Shown: in pieces, positions 58,425 to 59,111 of the stretch | Numbering within the stretch: the stretch's first letter is position 1 | Layout: each line of letters begins with the position of its first letter | NCBI GenBank assembly: GCA_011524735.1 | Contig: WTJS01000127.1 | Location: 4,652 to 63,762, forward strand | From: Alphaproteobacteria bacterium | GTDB lineage: Bacteria > Pseudomonadota > Alphaproteobacteria > Puniceispirillales > Puniceispirillaceae | DNA: 59,111 nt | Reading direction: 5' to 3' | Translations under genes and position numbers: made by a program | The notes under the pieces: generated by a model | Told to the model about the DNA's origin: nothing | The model's database searches: none | Seen by the model: only the letters and a program-made list of their open reading frames with translations

Positions 58425-58533
58425 GGCGGTCTTCCGATGCTGCTAGCAAAAACCACCGGCACCGCTGTCGACGGGCTGGTGGTTTGATGTTTTCGGTGTC
58501 GGAGATCGAAACCAAAAGTGACCGGACCGAGAG

Positions 58534-59111
58534 ATGAGCGCCTCACACCCGACAGCTGCCGCGACAAGCGCGGTGATGAAGACCTATGGTCGCGCCGACC
58601 TTGCCTTTGTCGAGGGCGAGGGAAGCTGGCTGATCACCGAGGACGGAACGCGCTATCTGGACTGCGCCAGCGGCATCGCGGTGAACACGCTTGGCCATTC
58701 GCACCCGGCGCTGGTGGCCGCGCTTCGTGAACAGGCCGGCAAGCTGTGGCACACCTCGAACCTGTACCGGATTCCGGGGCAGGAACGTGTGGCTGCGAAG
58801 CTGGCCGCGGCGACCGGGCTCGACCAGGTCTATTTCTGCAATTCCGGCGCCGAGGCGAATGAGTCCGCGGTGAAGATCGCGCGCCGCGCGGCGCACGAAC
58901 GCGGCGAGACGGATCGCATGACCATCCTGTGCGCCACCGGGTCGTTCCATGGCCGTACGCTCGGCATGCTGGCGGCCACCGACAAACCTGCCAACCGCAC
59001 CGGCTTCGGCCCGATGCCGGACGGCTTTGAACATGTGCCTTTCGGCAATCTGAACGCCCTTCGTGACAAGCTTGGCCCGCATGTGGCGGCGATCATGATC
59101 GAGCCGGTGCA
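58534..59111 (+). CDS. argD: Acetylornithine aminotransferase, 3'-truncated by window edge
   Basis: Hand translation: VMKTYGR...FVEGEGSWL...G.RYLD..SGIAVN.LGH.HP, LWHTSNLY, FCNSGAEANE, SFHGRT, AAIMIEPV; absent from ORF track because no stop in window. Confidence 0.93.
   Translation, partial: MSASHPTAAATSAVMKTYGRADLAFVEGEGSWLITEDGTRYLDCASGIAVNTLGHSHPALVAALREQAGKLWHTSNLYRIPGQERVAAKLAAATGLDQVYFCNSGAEANESAVKIARRAAHERGETDRMTILCATGSFHGRTLGMLAATDKPANRTGFGPMPDGFEHVPFGNLNALRDKLGPHVAAIMIEPV

Overview
Gene-dense core-genome segment of an alphaproteobacterium (mid-50s % GC by eye). Gene order is Rhodospirillales-like and apparently streamlined; a marine SAR116/Puniceispirillaceae-type origin is my inference, not proven. 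In order it carries: leuB (partial)-asd, pdxK/Y, the TCA supercluster sdhCDAB-zapE-mdh-sucCDAB-lpdA, xerC, tal, priA, the F1-only atpHAGDC operon, and the minus-strand run rplU-rpmA-obgE-proB-proA-nadD-rsfS-rlmH-gpmI-ctpA-rppH. Next come a small accessory patch (enolase-superfamily enzyme, DM13 protein, HAD-IIA), folB, a methyltransferase-like gene, chorismate mutase-tyrC, ydcF / zitP-like, lysA-lptM-argH / tlpA, etfAB-pduO-HIG1-like-folD-yggT and an SCO gene. The window ends with a TPR/beta-barrel (SLAM/DUF560-like) gene plus an atypical NarL-type regulator, acs, recX, an ABC-2 permease, dcd and argD (partial). I saw no rRNA, tRNA, CRISPR array, IS or prophage. Four observations stand out. 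(1) A two-gene cassette pairs a cargo-less SLAM-like barrel with a Cys/His-rich pseudo-receiver regulator. (2) ftsEX, envC and yibQ are absent from their usual syntenic slots. (3) GC rises abruptly at the right end (dcd 3' end/argD). (4) An enolase-superfamily enzyme lacks its first metal-ligand Asp. All family calls come from motif recognition; no database search was run.
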